Assembly (NCBI GenBank): GCA_963666275.2 | Contig: CAXXOA010000002.1 | Span: forward strand, 384,001 to 448,000 | Length of the DNA: 64,000 nt | Origin: Oceanispirochaeta sp. | GTDB lineage: Bacteria; Spirochaetota; Spirochaetia; DSM-2461 | Direction of reading: 5' to 3' | Shown here: in pieces, positions 40,680 to 52,321 of the stretch | How positions within the stretch are numbered: the stretch's first letter is position 1 | How the letters are laid out: every line of letters starts with the position of its first letter | Notes under the pieces: generated by a model | What the model saw: the letters and a program-made list of their open reading frames with translations, nothing else | The model's database searches: none | Told to the model about the DNA's origin: nothing | Program-made: the position numbers and the translations under genes

Positions 40680-42245
40680 ATGCTTTTTCTTTCACACATT
40701 CTGCAGCAGCTTGAGCCGTATTTAATCTTTGCCAGTAAAAAACAGCCCTACAGTACATGCCCGTCCAGAATCGAATTTATTGAGAATCAGAAAGCCTTTA
40801 CCTCTGACAGAACATGGATAGGTTCGGGGGAGCAGGCTGTCAATCAGCTTGAAGGAACCAGCATTGAACCGGGGGCCGTTATATTTATATGTGACAGCAA
40901 GGCCGGGAACACCAGCCAGGACAGACAGAAAAATTTCTCCTGGATATATGTCAGCTGTCCCGCCTCGACCCTTTTCAACATTCTCAATGCCTCGTTATGT
41001 CAGATCCAGCAGTGGACGGAAACCTTCTGTGCAGCTTCCGACCAGTCTCTCCAGAAAACTCTTTCCTGTGCCGCTGATCTTTCAGCAACATCTCTTATTC
41101 TCATTAATCCCGATAACCGCATGATTCTGAGCAGCAGACTGGATGAGAGCACCTACCTGAAAGAGAAACTGGACGATTCCGGAAGCATAGCGGGATATTT
41201 TCTGGAGGATATATTCTCAGGAGAAAAATCCCGGAATCTGCCTGTGAAATATTCAGTTCCTGATAGTCAGGTCGCCGTTTATGGTCAGAAAATATTCCAT
41301 GGAGAGACACATATAAGTACTCTACTCCTGGAAGACAGCCGCAGCCGGACGGATATGGATTTTCCGGGGTTATGCTTTTCTCTTGTCCAGGGCCTGTACC
41401 GGCATATAATCCCTACCAATATTCTTCGTCTGGGAACAAATACAATGAAATTTCAGGAAATCTGGCATGAGATTATGACGCAGAAACTCACCCAGTCCTT
41501 TGATGTCCTGAAAGCCCTGGACGGCCTTCCCTATCCGACGGAGATATTTGTCAGGGTGATTGTCGTCACCTTCCAGAACATGGATACTGAACAGACCCCT
41601 TTCAGTTTTGTGCTGGCTCAGCTCCGGGATGTTTTACCCGACTGCAATATGACTGTGTATGAGAATGAAATCATTATACTCAGGACCTACTGTGAAAGAT
41701 GCTTTGAACCAAACCTTGAAAAAAACCGCCTTCTGGCCATACTGGAACGGCATAACTGTTACGTGGGCATCAGCAATGGTACCAGAGACTACGGAACCCT
41801 CCGATCCCTCTATCTACTGGCAAAGAATACGATCCTGCTGGCAAAAAAACTCAGTCATAAACAGGGGGAAAGAATTTTTTTCCATGAAGAGTTCTGGATC
41901 TACAACGCCATCGATATGTGCGCCCATAAATTTGTCGAACTCCACCATCATGATGACATTATCTATCTGATCCATCCTGCGATAATCCATATCACAAGAT
42001 ACGACAAACAGCACAATACCAATCTGAGGGATACCTTATTCTACTATCTGCTGAATGACCGGAACCTTGTGAAAACTGCTACGGTCACATTTGCCCATCG
42101 CAACACGGTACTCAACAAAGTGAATAAAATTGACAAAATTATCAATCTGGACCTGGAAGACGGTTCTCTCCGGCAGAGGCTGATTTTCTCCTGTGAGATG
42201 ATTCGCTACTACGAAAAGTACATGAATAAACAGCTGAAAGTCTGA
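40680..42245 (+). CDS. PucR/CdaR-family transcriptional activator
   Basis: C-terminal YDKQHNTNLRDTL...HRNTVLNKVNKI HTH; divergent from the GRE. Confidence 0.87.
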   Translation: MLFLSHILQQLEPYLIFASKKQPYSTCPSRIEFIENQKAFTSDRTWIGSGEQAVNQLEGTSIEPGAVIFICDSKAGNTSQDRQKNFSWIYVSCPASTLFNILNASLCQIQQWTETFCAASDQSLQKTLSCAADLSATSLILINPDNRMILSSRLDESTYLKEKLDDSGSIAGYFLEDIFSGEKSRNLPVKYSVPDSQVAVYGQKIFHGETHISTLLLEDSRSRTDMDFPGLCFSLVQGLYRHIIPTNILRLGTNTMKFQEIWHEIMTQKLTQSFDVLKALDGLPYPTEIFVRVIVVTFQNMDTEQTPFSFVLAQLRDVLPDCNMTVYENEIIILRTYCERCFEPNLEKNRLLAILERHNCYVGISNGTRDYGTLRSLYLLAKNTILLAKKLSHKQGERIFFHEEFWIYNAIDMCAHKFVELHHHDDIIYLIHPAIIHITRYDKQHNTNLRDTLFYYLLNDRNLVKTATVTFAHRNTVLNKVNKIDKIINLDLEDGSLRQRLIFSCEMIRYYEKYMNKQLKV

Positions 42246-42388
42246 AAACAGGCCCCCTTTTGCGTCCTCTTCTGCCCCTCCCCCAAGGGGTGTAATCATA
42301 CCAAACACATCCCCTGAAATAAGTTAGCCCTGCAAAGATGCCGGTCGGATTTTTGACTTAATCAGTCATGTTTATTAGTTTATAAAGT

Positions 42389-44398
42389 ATGGAACACAAG
42401 AAAAACATGCAATCACATCAAAAGCACGGGAACCATCATAGTCATACAGATCACCATAGAATGATGATCAGAGATTTTCGTAAACGCTTTTACATAACTC
42501 TTGTTCTGGCGATTCCAGTACTGGCTCTCTCCCCGCTCATTCAGAACGTTCTGGGATTTTCCCTTCAGTTTCCGGGAGATTCCTATGCGGTGTTTCTTTT
42601 TGCCTCTGTCATCTTCTTTTACGGAGGCTGGCCCTTTCTAAAAGGTCTGGCAGATGAGCTTAAAAACAGAAGTCCGGGAATGATGACTCTTATAGGAATG
42701 GCCGTTTCCATTGCCTTCCTCTACAGTGCTGCCGTTACCTTCGGCCTGGAAGGGACCCCCTTCTACTGGGAACTGGCGACACTGATCGCTATCATGCTGG
42801 CCGGCCACTGGATCGAAATGGCCTCGGTCCTAAGCGCCTCGTCGGCTCTTGAAAAACTGGCACGGCTCATGCCTTCGGAAGCCCACAGGAAAAAGGGAGA
42901 TAAAACGGAAGACATCCCTCTGTCGGATGTTGAAAAAGGAGATCTCCTCCTTATAAAGCCCGGAGAAAAGATCCCTTCCGACGGAACCATCACAGACGGG
43001 GAGAGCTATATTGACGAATCCATGCTCACCGGGGAATCCAGGCCGGTTAAGAAGACGGAGGGAGATTCTCTTATCGGAGGATCAATCAACGGAGACGGCG
43101 CCATCGAGCTTCAGGTGGACAGCACAGGGGAGGAGTCCTACCTTTCCACGGTGATAAACATGGTACAGGATGCCCAGGCGGTGAAATCAAAAACTCAGGC
43201 CCTGTCGGACAGGGCTGCTTTCTGGCTGACCATTGTAGCCCTCACAGCGGGGTTTACGACCCTTGCAGCCTGGCTTCTGGCAGGGTGGGATCTTCAGTTT
43301 GCCATAACAAGGATGGCCACTGTGATGGTTATTACCTGTCCCCATGCTCTGGGGCTGGCAATCCCTCTGGTTGTGTCGGTATCCACTTCCAAATCCGCTC
43401 AGAACGGACTTCTTATCCATAACAGAACCGCCTTTGAAAACGCCCGGAAAATTACAACCGTTGTATTTGATAAGACCGGAACCCTTACAGAGGGAAATTT
43501 CGTCATCCAGTCCATAGAGACATATGGAGAAAATTTTGATGAAGAGGCCATTCTGAAAAATGCGGCGGCCCTGGAAGTCCGATCGGAACATCCCATTGGG
43601 AAGAGTATCCTGGAAGGAGCCTCTGAAAGGGATATAGAACCGGAAAAGGTTGAGGATTTCCAGTCTGTAAAGGGAAAGGGCGTCAGCGGTACAGTATCAG
43701 GAAGAAAGGTGGAGGTTGTCAGTCCCGGTTACCTTGAAGAACAGGGGATTGAGATTCCCGGGAAATCCGAGGATAAAGGAAATATCACTAGGGTTTTTGT
43801 CCTGATAGAAGGATCCCTGGCAGGATCGATCTCCCTATCAGATACAATCCGCCCCGAATCCCGCCGCTCGATCCGCACCCTGCAGAAAAAGGGAATCAAA
43901 TGCTGGATGCTCACAGGAGACAACAGGGCAACAGCAGAAGCTGTGGCATCCGAGCTGGGTATGGATGGTGTTTTTGCCGAAGTCCTTCCTGATGAAAAAC
44001 AGGAAAAGATCAAAGAACTCCAGAATAAAGGGGAGTTTGTGGCAATGACGGGAGACGGAGTCAATGACTCTCCAGCACTGGCTCAGGCGGACATTGGAAT
44101 CGCCGTCGGCTCAGGAACAGATGTGGCCGCCGCATCGGCGGATATTATCCTTATGAACTCCAATCCTCAGGATATCAGTGCCCTGATTATCTTCGGCAGA
44201 GCCACCTACAAAAAAATGGTTCAGAATCTCATCTGGGCCAGCGGGTACAATATTATAACCATCCCCCTGGCGGCAGGAGTCCTTTTTCACTGGGGAATCC
44301 TGCTTTCCCCGGAAGTCGGCGCTATCCTGATGTCCCTCTCCACAGTCATTGTGGCAGTGAATGCCCGGTTTCTCAAACTGCATAAAGAAATAGACTGA
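42389..44398 (+). CDS. copB: Copper-exporting P1B-3 ATPase
   Basis: His-rich N-terminus, TGES, CPHALGLA, DKTGT, SEHP, GDGVND, YN and MSLS. Confidence 0.92.
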   Translation: MEHKKNMQSHQKHGNHHSHTDHHRMMIRDFRKRFYITLVLAIPVLALSPLIQNVLGFSLQFPGDSYAVFLFASVIFFYGGWPFLKGLADELKNRSPGMMTLIGMAVSIAFLYSAAVTFGLEGTPFYWELATLIAIMLAGHWIEMASVLSASSALEKLARLMPSEAHRKKGDKTEDIPLSDVEKGDLLLIKPGEKIPSDGTITDGESYIDESMLTGESRPVKKTEGDSLIGGSINGDGAIELQVDSTGEESYLSTVINMVQDAQAVKSKTQALSDRAAFWLTIVALTAGFTTLAAWLLAGWDLQFAITRMATVMVITCPHALGLAIPLVVSVSTSKSAQNGLLIHNRTAFENARKITTVVFDKTGTLTEGNFVIQSIETYGENFDEEAILKNAAALEVRSEHPIGKSILEGASERDIEPEKVEDFQSVKGKGVSGTVSGRKVEVVSPGYLEEQGIEIPGKSEDKGNITRVFVLIEGSLAGSISLSDTIRPESRRSIRTLQKKGIKCWMLTGDNRATAEAVASELGMDGVFAEVLPDEKQEKIKELQNKGEFVAMTGDGVNDSPALAQADIGIAVGSGTDVAAASADIILMNSNPQDISALIIFGRATYKKMVQNLIWASGYNIITIPLAAGVLFHWGILLSPEVGAILMSLSTVIVAVNARFLKLHKEID

Positions 44399-44412
44399 TC
44401 CGTCAGTTCCCC

Positions 44413-44453
44413 AGAAACCCTCTGTATGATAAACCGCAGAGGGTTTCCTTTTT
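44413..44453 (+). terminator. Intrinsic terminator after copB
   Basis: gaaaccctctg...cagagggtttc followed by T-runs. Confidence 0.7.
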
Positions 44454-44568
44454 ACTCCCGTTTTTTTTTCAAATCTTCAATCTTCAAATATTCAAACTAT
44501 AAAAAAACTTCTGTATCCTAAAACTAACCAATAGTCAGAAAGATACCTCCGCTAGAAAGGAAGAAAGA

Positions 44569-44994
44569 ATGGAAGCTGTAGCAGATAAAACGGAAAGAAA
44601 GATGGAAGTATCCCTTCCCATCAAAGTAAAAAGTTATGAAATCGATGTGATGGGAATTGTGAGCAACATCAATTATATAAAATACTTCGAAGATATCCGG
44701 ACGGAATTCCTGGACCGGTACTATCCCTACGATGAGATGGTCAGAGAGGGGATTTCTCCCATTCTGATGCATACGGAAATTGACTATAAATTCCCTCTGA
44801 CCATCTATGATAAACCTGTAGGCACAGCCTGGGTCACACAGCTTGAAAAGATGCGCTGGGAATTCCAGTTTGAAATTGCCTGCGGAAAGAGGATCCATGC
44901 CACGGGCCTCCAGAGAGGCACCTTTTTCGACATGAATAAAAACCGCCCCACCCGGGTACCGGAACGTTTATCAGAGCAGTTCCTCAGGGAATAG
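44569..44994 (+). CDS. Acyl-CoA thioesterase (4HBT/YbgC hotdog family)
   Basis: EIDVMGIVSNINYIKYFEDIR. Confidence 0.88.
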   Translation: MEAVADKTERKMEVSLPIKVKSYEIDVMGIVSNINYIKYFEDIRTEFLDRYYPYDEMVREGISPILMHTEIDYKFPLTIYDKPVGTAWVTQLEKMRWEFQFEIACGKRIHATGLQRGTFFDMNKNRPTRVPERLSEQFLRE

Positions 44995-45030
44995 CCGCAG
45001 CACCCGGCAGGGATGAACAAACTCCTGATT

Positions 45031-46221
45031 TCAACTTTCTGCCGCAGCCTCAAGAGCCTGATCTATATCGTTGAGAATATCCCGGGAATCTTCCAGCCCC
45101 AGAGAGAGCCTGACCAGACCGTCTGAAATACCCGATGCCGCCCTTTCCTCAGGAGAAAGTTTGGCGTGGGTTGTCGTTGCCGGATGGGTGGCAATACTCC
45201 GGGAGTCCCCCAGATTGGACGTTAAAGAGATCATCTTCAGATTATTGAGGAATTTCATAGCGCCCTGACTGCCCCCGGGAAGTTCGAAGGATACAAGGGC
45301 TCCCCCTTTCTTCATCTGCTTTTCTGCAAGACTGAAACCGGGATGAGAAGGAAGCCCCGGATAGAGAACCCTCCCGACTCCTCTGCGGGATTCCAGAAAT
45401 TCCGCGGTCTGCCTGGCATTATCGCAATGCCTGTCCATCCTCAGTGAGAGAGTCTCCAGGCTCTTGGAGAGAATCCAGGCATTAAAGGGAGAGAGAGCCG
45501 GACCGGTCTGTCTTGTGAAAAACCGGATTTCATCTATTGTTTCCCTTTGTCCCAGGATCGCTCCTCCCAGAACGCGGCCCTGTCCATCCAGAAACTTTGT
45601 TGCCGAATGAAGGACAATATCCGCTCCCAGAACTGCAGGATTCTGTAAAACCGGAGTAGCAAAGCAGTTATCCACAGCCAGAAGAATACCCCTGGAACCT
45701 GCCAGTTCTGCCAGGGCTCCTATATCCAGGATTTCGAGGCAGGGATTGGAGGGTGTCTCAATAAACAGCATTTTTGTTTCCGGCCGCAGCGCTTTTTCCC
45801 ACTCCTTTGGATCAGAAGAATCCACATAGGTAAAATCGATTCCCCAACGGGGAAGGATCCGTGTAATGATCTGATGGGTAGAACCGAATAGTGCCCGGGA
45901 GGCGACCAGATGATCCCCCTGTTTCAGAAGGGATGCAAGAGCTCCGAACATGGCGGCCATACCGGAAGCAGTGGCCAGACCGTCTTCGGTTCCCTCGAGA
46001 AAACAGAGCTTGTCAATCAGCTCATCCGTGTTGGGATTGCCGTAGCGGGAATACACAAGCCCCTCTTCCTCACCGGCAAAAGTATCTCTTGCCTGTTCCG
46101 CCGAATCAAAGACAAAACTGGAAGTCAGATAAAGGGGCTGGGAGTGCTCCCTGAAGTTTGATCGGGCCTGCTGTCTTCTAATGGCCCCGGTGTCGGGCTG
46201 CCAGGAATCATTTATGGGCAT
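45031..46221 (-). CDS. metZ: O-succinylhomoserine sulfhydrylase-like PLP enzyme
   Basis: YLTSSFVF, YSRYGNP, ETPSNP, HSATKFLDGQGRVLGG, NLGD, HPATTTH. Confidence 0.85.
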   Translation of the reverse strand: MPINDSWQPDTGAIRRQQARSNFREHSQPLYLTSSFVFDSAEQARDTFAGEEEGLVYSRYGNPNTDELIDKLCFLEGTEDGLATASGMAAMFGALASLLKQGDHLVASRALFGSTHQIITRILPRWGIDFTYVDSSDPKEWEKALRPETKMLFIETPSNPCLEILDIGALAELAGSRGILLAVDNCFATPVLQNPAVLGADIVLHSATKFLDGQGRVLGGAILGQRETIDEIRFFTRQTGPALSPFNAWILSKSLETLSLRMDRHCDNARQTAEFLESRRGVGRVLYPGLPSHPGFSLAEKQMKKGGALVSFELPGGSQGAMKFLNNLKMISLTSNLGDSRSIATHPATTTHAKLSPEERAASGISDGLVRLSLGLEDSRDILNDIDQALEAAAES

Positions 46222-46664
46222 CAGCGGTCTCCTTCCCGGGCCACGTCGGCCTGGTGTATTTCATAACTGTAGGTTATATCAACCGAAGCCTTCAGCATTT
46301 CAACCACAGAGCAGTACTTGGTCACAGCAAGCTCCACGGCCCTTCCGGCTTTTCTGTCATCCACCCGGCCGAAAAGGTGATAGGTCAGATGGATGCTCTT
46401 AAAGGGATGGACATCCCCTGTATCAAAACGCTCGCCTTCAATATTGATCTGAATGTCTTTCAGATCCTGTCTCTGTTTTTTCAGTATGGCAACCAGATCC
46501 ATGACAGAACAGGATCCCACAGAAGCAAGGACCAGTTCCATCGGCCGAAATCCTCCCTGTACTCCTCCGATTGAGGGAGGTCCATCTATTAGGATCTCAT
46601 TCCCGTCGCTGTTGAGAGCGGCAAAATTGACATCATCATTAATCCGTTTTAACTGTACTTTCAT
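46221..46664 (-). CDS. OsmC-family protein
   Basis: RPMELVLASVGSCS and KYCSV two-Cys motifs. Confidence 0.9.
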   Translation of the reverse strand: MKVQLKRINDDVNFAALNSDGNEILIDGPPSIGGVQGGFRPMELVLASVGSCSVMDLVAILKKQRQDLKDIQINIEGERFDTGDVHPFKSIHLTYHLFGRVDDRKAGRAVELAVTKYCSVVEMLKASVDITYSYEIHQADVAREGDR

Positions 46665-46705
46665 CTATTTCCTCTCTTCCCTGTTTTCTCACATAACAGG
46701 AGAAT

Positions 46706-47605
46706 TCAACTGTAGAGACCTGTTGTCAGGTACCTGTCACCCCGGTCGCAGATGACAGTCACCACGACCCCGCCACAGACACCTTTTTTATCCAATTCCT
46801 GAGCCACCTGCAGGGCAGTATACACGTTTCCTCCGCTGGAGATTCCACCGAAGATCCCCTCTTCCCGGGCAAGCCGCCTCATGGTCTCTACCGCATCAGA
46901 GCGGGAAACTTCAATGGGCCGGTCAATCCGTTCGGGTTCATAAATGGCGGGAAGGTATTTTTCAGGCCAGGCCCGGATACCGGGAATACCGCCATCCGCA
47001 TCGGGTCTTACCGCAATGATTTCAATCCGGGAATTCTGCTCTTTCAGAAACTTTGATACTCCCATAATGGTTCCGGTGGATCCGGTGGAAGCCACAAAAT
47101 GGGTGATCTTTCCTGTAGTGTCATCCCATATTTCTGGGCCTGTCGTCGTATAATGTGCCTTGGGATTGGAGGGATTGCCAAACTGGTTGAGTATGACTCC
47201 CCGGCCGCTTTTCTCCATCTCCCGGGCTTTTTCAATAGCCCCCTCCATTGCCTGATCCCGTGCGGTCAGGACAATTTCCGCGCCGAAGGCTTTCATGGTA
47301 TCCACCCTTTCACGGCTCATATGTTCAGGCATAACCAGGATCATTTTCATACCCCTCAGTCCGGCCACCATAGCCAGGGCAATCCCTGTATTTCCACTGG
47401 TCGCTTCAATCAGGGTATCCCCTTTCCGGATTCTGCCGCTCTCTTCCGCATCCTTAATCATCTGAAGTGCCGGCCGATCCTTGACGGATCCTCCGGGATT
47501 CTGACCTTCCAGTTTTACATACACTTCCGTATTGCCCGTATAAATATGATTCAGTCTCACAAGGGGCGTTTTTCCAATGAGCTGTTCTATTCCTATATAG
47601 GTCAT
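46706..47605 (-). CDS. cysM: Cysteine synthase B
   Basis: KLEGQNPGGSVKDRPA, EATSGNTG, IPGIRAWP, CDRGDRYL. Confidence 0.92.
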   Translation of the reverse strand: MTYIGIEQLIGKTPLVRLNHIYTGNTEVYVKLEGQNPGGSVKDRPALQMIKDAEESGRIRKGDTLIEATSGNTGIALAMVAGLRGMKMILVMPEHMSRERVDTMKAFGAEIVLTARDQAMEGAIEKAREMEKSGRGVILNQFGNPSNPKAHYTTTGPEIWDDTTGKITHFVASTGSTGTIMGVSKFLKEQNSRIEIIAVRPDADGGIPGIRAWPEKYLPAIYEPERIDRPIEVSRSDAVETMRRLAREEGIFGGISSGGNVYTALQVAQELDKKGVCGGVVVTVICDRGDRYLTTGLYS

Positions 47606-47647
47606 CTATATCTCCTCAAATGCGCCGGATACCTTATTATTACAATA

Positions 47648-47672
47648 TACTATAATTTCTATCAATATAGTA
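47648..47672. promoter_or_regulatory. Palindromic candidate operator upstream of cysM
   Basis: TACTATA-N11-TATAGTA. Confidence 0.4.
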
Positions 47673-47785
47673 GTATATGTTTCCAGTGAATTTTCCGCCT
47701 GTTTCCCCGTGTCAGTTTTTTCTTCAGAAAAAGAAAGATTGCTTTTCTCTGTATCCCTGTAATAATGGAAGAGAGGAGGATTTCT

Positions 47786-48649
47786 ATGCAGAAAAGACCA
47801 TACGGAAAATCCGGGATAGACCTCTCGGTCATAGGCTTCGGGGGAATACTTGTCACAGATGAATCCAAAGCAGACGCAAGTCGCATTGTCTCAAAGGCGA
47901 TAGAAACGGGAATCAACTATTTCGATGTGGCCCCCTCCTATGGAAATGCCCAGGAGATGCTGGGGCCTGCCCTGGCTCCCTATAGGAAGGATGTCTTTCT
48001 GGCATGCAAAACCAATGTGCGGGATGCAGAGGGCGCCAGAAAGGATATGGAAAACTCTTTCCGTCTTCTCAAGACCGACTGGTTCGACCTCTATCAGCTT
48101 CATGGTGCTGCGGGCAGAGAGGAAACGGAAAAGATACTGGCCCCCGGGGGCGCACTGGAAACTCTGGATAAAGCCAAACAGAGAGGGGATGTCCGCTTCC
48201 TCGGATTTTCTGCCCACAGTGAAGAAGCCGCCCTGACCCTGATGGAAGCCTACGATTTTGATTCCATTCTCTTTCCGGTTAACTGGATTACCTGGTTCAG
48301 CGGAGACTTCGGCAGAAAAGTACTCCCTGCAGCCAGAAAAAAAGGGCTATCCATCCTGGCATTGAAAAGCCTGGCGAAAATGGCAATTCCCCAGGGCCAA
48401 CCCCGACCGGAGGAAAAAGCCTGGTACCATCCTGTAGAATCCTATGAAGAGGCTCTCAGAGGGCTGCGGTTTACATTGGGAACAGAAGGAGTTACAGCGG
48501 CAGTCAGCCCCGGAGTGGAACAGCTCTTTGACTGGATGGTAAAGGCGGAAAAGGAGTGGACTCCTCTTTCAGAACAGGAGCTGAAGCAGATGAAAGCCGA
48601 TGCCGGAGACAAAAGCCTGATTTTTGATGCTAACCACTCGCAATGGTAA
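47786..48649 (+). CDS. Aldo/keto reductase
   Basis: GINYFDVAPSYG, LACKT, DLYQLH, GFSAH; GGAGG RBS. Confidence 0.9.
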   Translation: MQKRPYGKSGIDLSVIGFGGILVTDESKADASRIVSKAIETGINYFDVAPSYGNAQEMLGPALAPYRKDVFLACKTNVRDAEGARKDMENSFRLLKTDWFDLYQLHGAAGREETEKILAPGGALETLDKAKQRGDVRFLGFSAHSEEAALTLMEAYDFDSILFPVNWITWFSGDFGRKVLPAARKKGLSILALKSLAKMAIPQGQPRPEEKAWYHPVESYEEALRGLRFTLGTEGVTAAVSPGVEQLFDWMVKAEKEWTPLSEQELKQMKADAGDKSLIFDANHSQW

Positions 48650-48710
48650 AAGTACCGGGGTTGTAATATGATTACCGATGTATAAATGACGCGATGAATC
48701 TTTTTCAGAA

Positions 48711-48756
48711 TGTAAACGCTTTCATTATTTAATGAATATTATTGTGAACGCTTTCA
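48711..48756. promoter_or_regulatory. Two LacI-family (cre-like) operators
   Basis: TGTAAACGCTTTCA (48711) and TGTGAACGCTTTCA (48743). Confidence 0.75.
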
Positions 48757-48854
48757 TTTTCCTCTATATTTCAAAGGAATACACCTCAGATCAGACTCAT
48801 ATTTGAAATTTTTGGAACAGGAGACTGAATCCAGTTTCCGGGAGCAAGGTAAAA

Positions 48855-49766
48855 ATGGAAGCACAATGGAATCCCCCTGCAGTGGTAACAGCCCAAATTC
48901 CCCATGGCGATATGCCTGGAGATAAAATTCTTATAGATGAAAAGCACCGTGAAATAGCAGAAACAATTTACAGGCGGCTCCGACAGGAAGAATCCCTGCA
49001 GAAAGGCGACAGGATCGTCGTATCCGTTTACGGCGGATCCGGTGTGGGTAAATCTGAAACGGCATCTCTTCTGGCCTACTTTCTTAACAGTGAAGGCCAT
49101 AGGACCTATATCCTTTCCGGTGATAACTATCCCAGAAGGATTCCTGAAAGCAATGATATAGAACGACTGGGAGTCTTCCGCAATGCCGGCCTGAGCGCCC
49201 TGGCCGCTAGAGAAGACTTTCAGAACATCTTTTCAAAAGAGCTGGAAGCTCTGAAAAAAGAAATGCTTGATATACTCCCTGCATCAGATCCCTTTATAGA
49301 TCCGGAGTGGCTGAAAGCCTATAAACAGGAGGGAGCTCAGGCTCTGCGAGAGTATCTCGGCACTTCAAAAGAGATTCAGTTTACTCTGCTCAACAGGGTC
49401 ATAGAAAAATTTAAAACCGGTGAAGCCGCCATAAACCTGAAACGGATGGGCCGGACAGAAAATGATATATACCTGGAAAAAATGGATTTTACAGACAAGC
49501 AGGTTCTGCTTATAGAATGGACCCACGGGAATAACCCTCTGCTGATGGGAGTGGACTATCCCGTATTCCTTTACAGCTCCCCTGCCGAAACTCTTGAGCA
49601 CAGGAAAAACAGGGCCAGAGACAGCAATACAGAAACCCATCTGATCTCCCTGGTACTGCAGCTGGAGCATGATATGCTGATGCAACAGCTGGAATCCGCA
49701 AAACTGATTGTCAGTAAAAAGAACAGGATCCTGACTCCCGCCGATATCAGGGAGGTTCTGAAATGA
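48855..49766 (+). CDS. P-loop sugar kinase, probably a stand-alone sucrose kinase (AgaSK kinase-like)
   Basis: PHGDMPGDK, GGSGVGKSE, SGDNYP, IEWTHG; 4-nt overlap with the GH13_18 gene. Confidence 0.65.
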   Translation: MEAQWNPPAVVTAQIPHGDMPGDKILIDEKHREIAETIYRRLRQEESLQKGDRIVVSVYGGSGVGKSETASLLAYFLNSEGHRTYILSGDNYPRRIPESNDIERLGVFRNAGLSALAAREDFQNIFSKELEALKKEMLDILPASDPFIDPEWLKAYKQEGAQALREYLGTSKEIQFTLLNRVIEKFKTGEAAINLKRMGRTENDIYLEKMDFTDKQVLLIEWTHGNNPLLMGVDYPVFLYSSPAETLEHRKNRARDSNTETHLISLVLQLEHDMLMQQLESAKLIVSKKNRILTPADIREVLK

Positions 49767-51290
49767 AAGAAAGTTGTCAATCAACCGGGCTCAGGGGAGT
49801 CATGTTCAATGCCTATCCCGACAGTATCGGCGGCTGTCTCAGATCTCAGATAGATCTGCTACAAAGGGAAATTTTCCGTAACTGCTTTTCAGTTTTTTAT
49901 ATCCTCCCTTCCCTTTTTAAAACAGATCTGGATAGGGGTTTTTCCATTCAGTCCTACGACCTGGACAGCTCTCTGGCAGACATAAATGATCTGAGGGAAC
50001 TCAGTAAAATGGGAATCAGATTAAAACTTGATTTTGTCCTGAATCATCTTTCAGTTCTTTCCCCCCAGTTTCAGGATCTACTCTCTAAAGGAGATCAGTC
50101 GAAATTCAGGGACTTCTTCATTGACTGGAATGAATTCTGGGAAGGAAAAGGAGAATCCGACAGCAGAGGCTGCCTTGTTCCTGACAGGGAATACCTGGAT
50201 AAACTTTTTATGAGAAAACCGGGTCTTCCGGTTCTGGAACTCCCCTTTCCCGACGGCTCCCGCAGATTCTACTGGAATACCTTCTATCAGGAAGTGATAG
50301 AAAGCCCTGAAGGGACAGGCTATCTGGGACAGATGGACCTGAATGCCCGGTCTCCGGAAGTATGGCATTTCTACGGGGAGACCCTGAAAAAACTGAAGAA
50401 CTATGGGGCGGAAATTGTCAGACTCGACGCCTTTGCCTACCTGCATAAAGATCAGGGACAGTCCAACTTTTTCAACAGGCCGGGAACATGGGAGATCCTG
50501 GAGAAGCTCCGTCTGATGGCAAAGCAGGAGGATCTTACACTCCTTCCGGAAATTCACAGCACCTACGGGGAGATGCTTCACAGGGAGCTCTCGACGGCAG
50601 GCTTTATGTTTTATGATTTCTTTTTCCCCGGCCTGATCCTGTTGGCCCTGGAAACAGGGGACACGGACAAACTGCTGGAATGGACAGAAGAGATCCGGAA
50701 GCATGATTATAAAACTGTGAATATGCTGGGCTGCCATGACGGGATTCCCCTGCTGGATCTGAAAGGCCTGATAGAGGAGGAACAGATAGAAGAGCTCTTT
50801 CAGATTATTCAGAACCGGGGAGGAAGGGTGAAAAACCTCTACGGCCCTGATGGTGAGAAGATCTCCTACTATCAGGTGAACGCCACATTTTTCAGTGCCC
50901 TCGGCGAAAGTGAGGAAAAAATGCTCCTGGCCAGGGCGGTACAGCTCTTCATGCCCGGAATTCCCCAGATCTGGTATCTTGATCTTCTGGGGGGAAAAAA
51001 CGACACGGAAAAAGCGGACAGGGAAGGACATAAAGAGATAAACAGAACAGACTTCTCCCGGGAAAAGACAGAAGAATGCCTGGGATCTTCTCTGGTTCAG
51101 AAACAGTTAAACCTGATCCGCTTCAGGAATACCTTTCCCGCCTTCACTCCCGATGCGGAACTTTCCGTTCAGACAGGAACAGAGAAGAATCAATTGACCT
51201 TCCAATGGAAAAAGGGAGACTGCACAGCCCGGCTGGATGCGGATTTCCTCACCTTTGATTTTAGAATACATTGGACTGAGAATGAAAAAG

Positions 51291-51310
<20 letters not shown>
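49763..51310 (+). CDS. GH13_18 phosphorylase, probably sucrose-6F-phosphate phosphorylase
   Basis: DFVLNH, FMRKPG, RLDAFAY, LPEIH, GCHDGIP, loop KISYYQVN, EINR. Confidence 0.8.
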
Positions 51311-52320
<1,010 letters not shown>

Positions 52321-52321
52321 A

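Noticed and set aside
42246..42350. G/C-run-rich intergenic stretch upstream of copB
   Set aside because: No convincing fold or known RNA motif found by eye.
48855..49766. Adenylylsulfate kinase or uridine kinase
   Set aside because: Only the P-loop is shared; coupling to a GH13_18 gene favours a sugar kinase.
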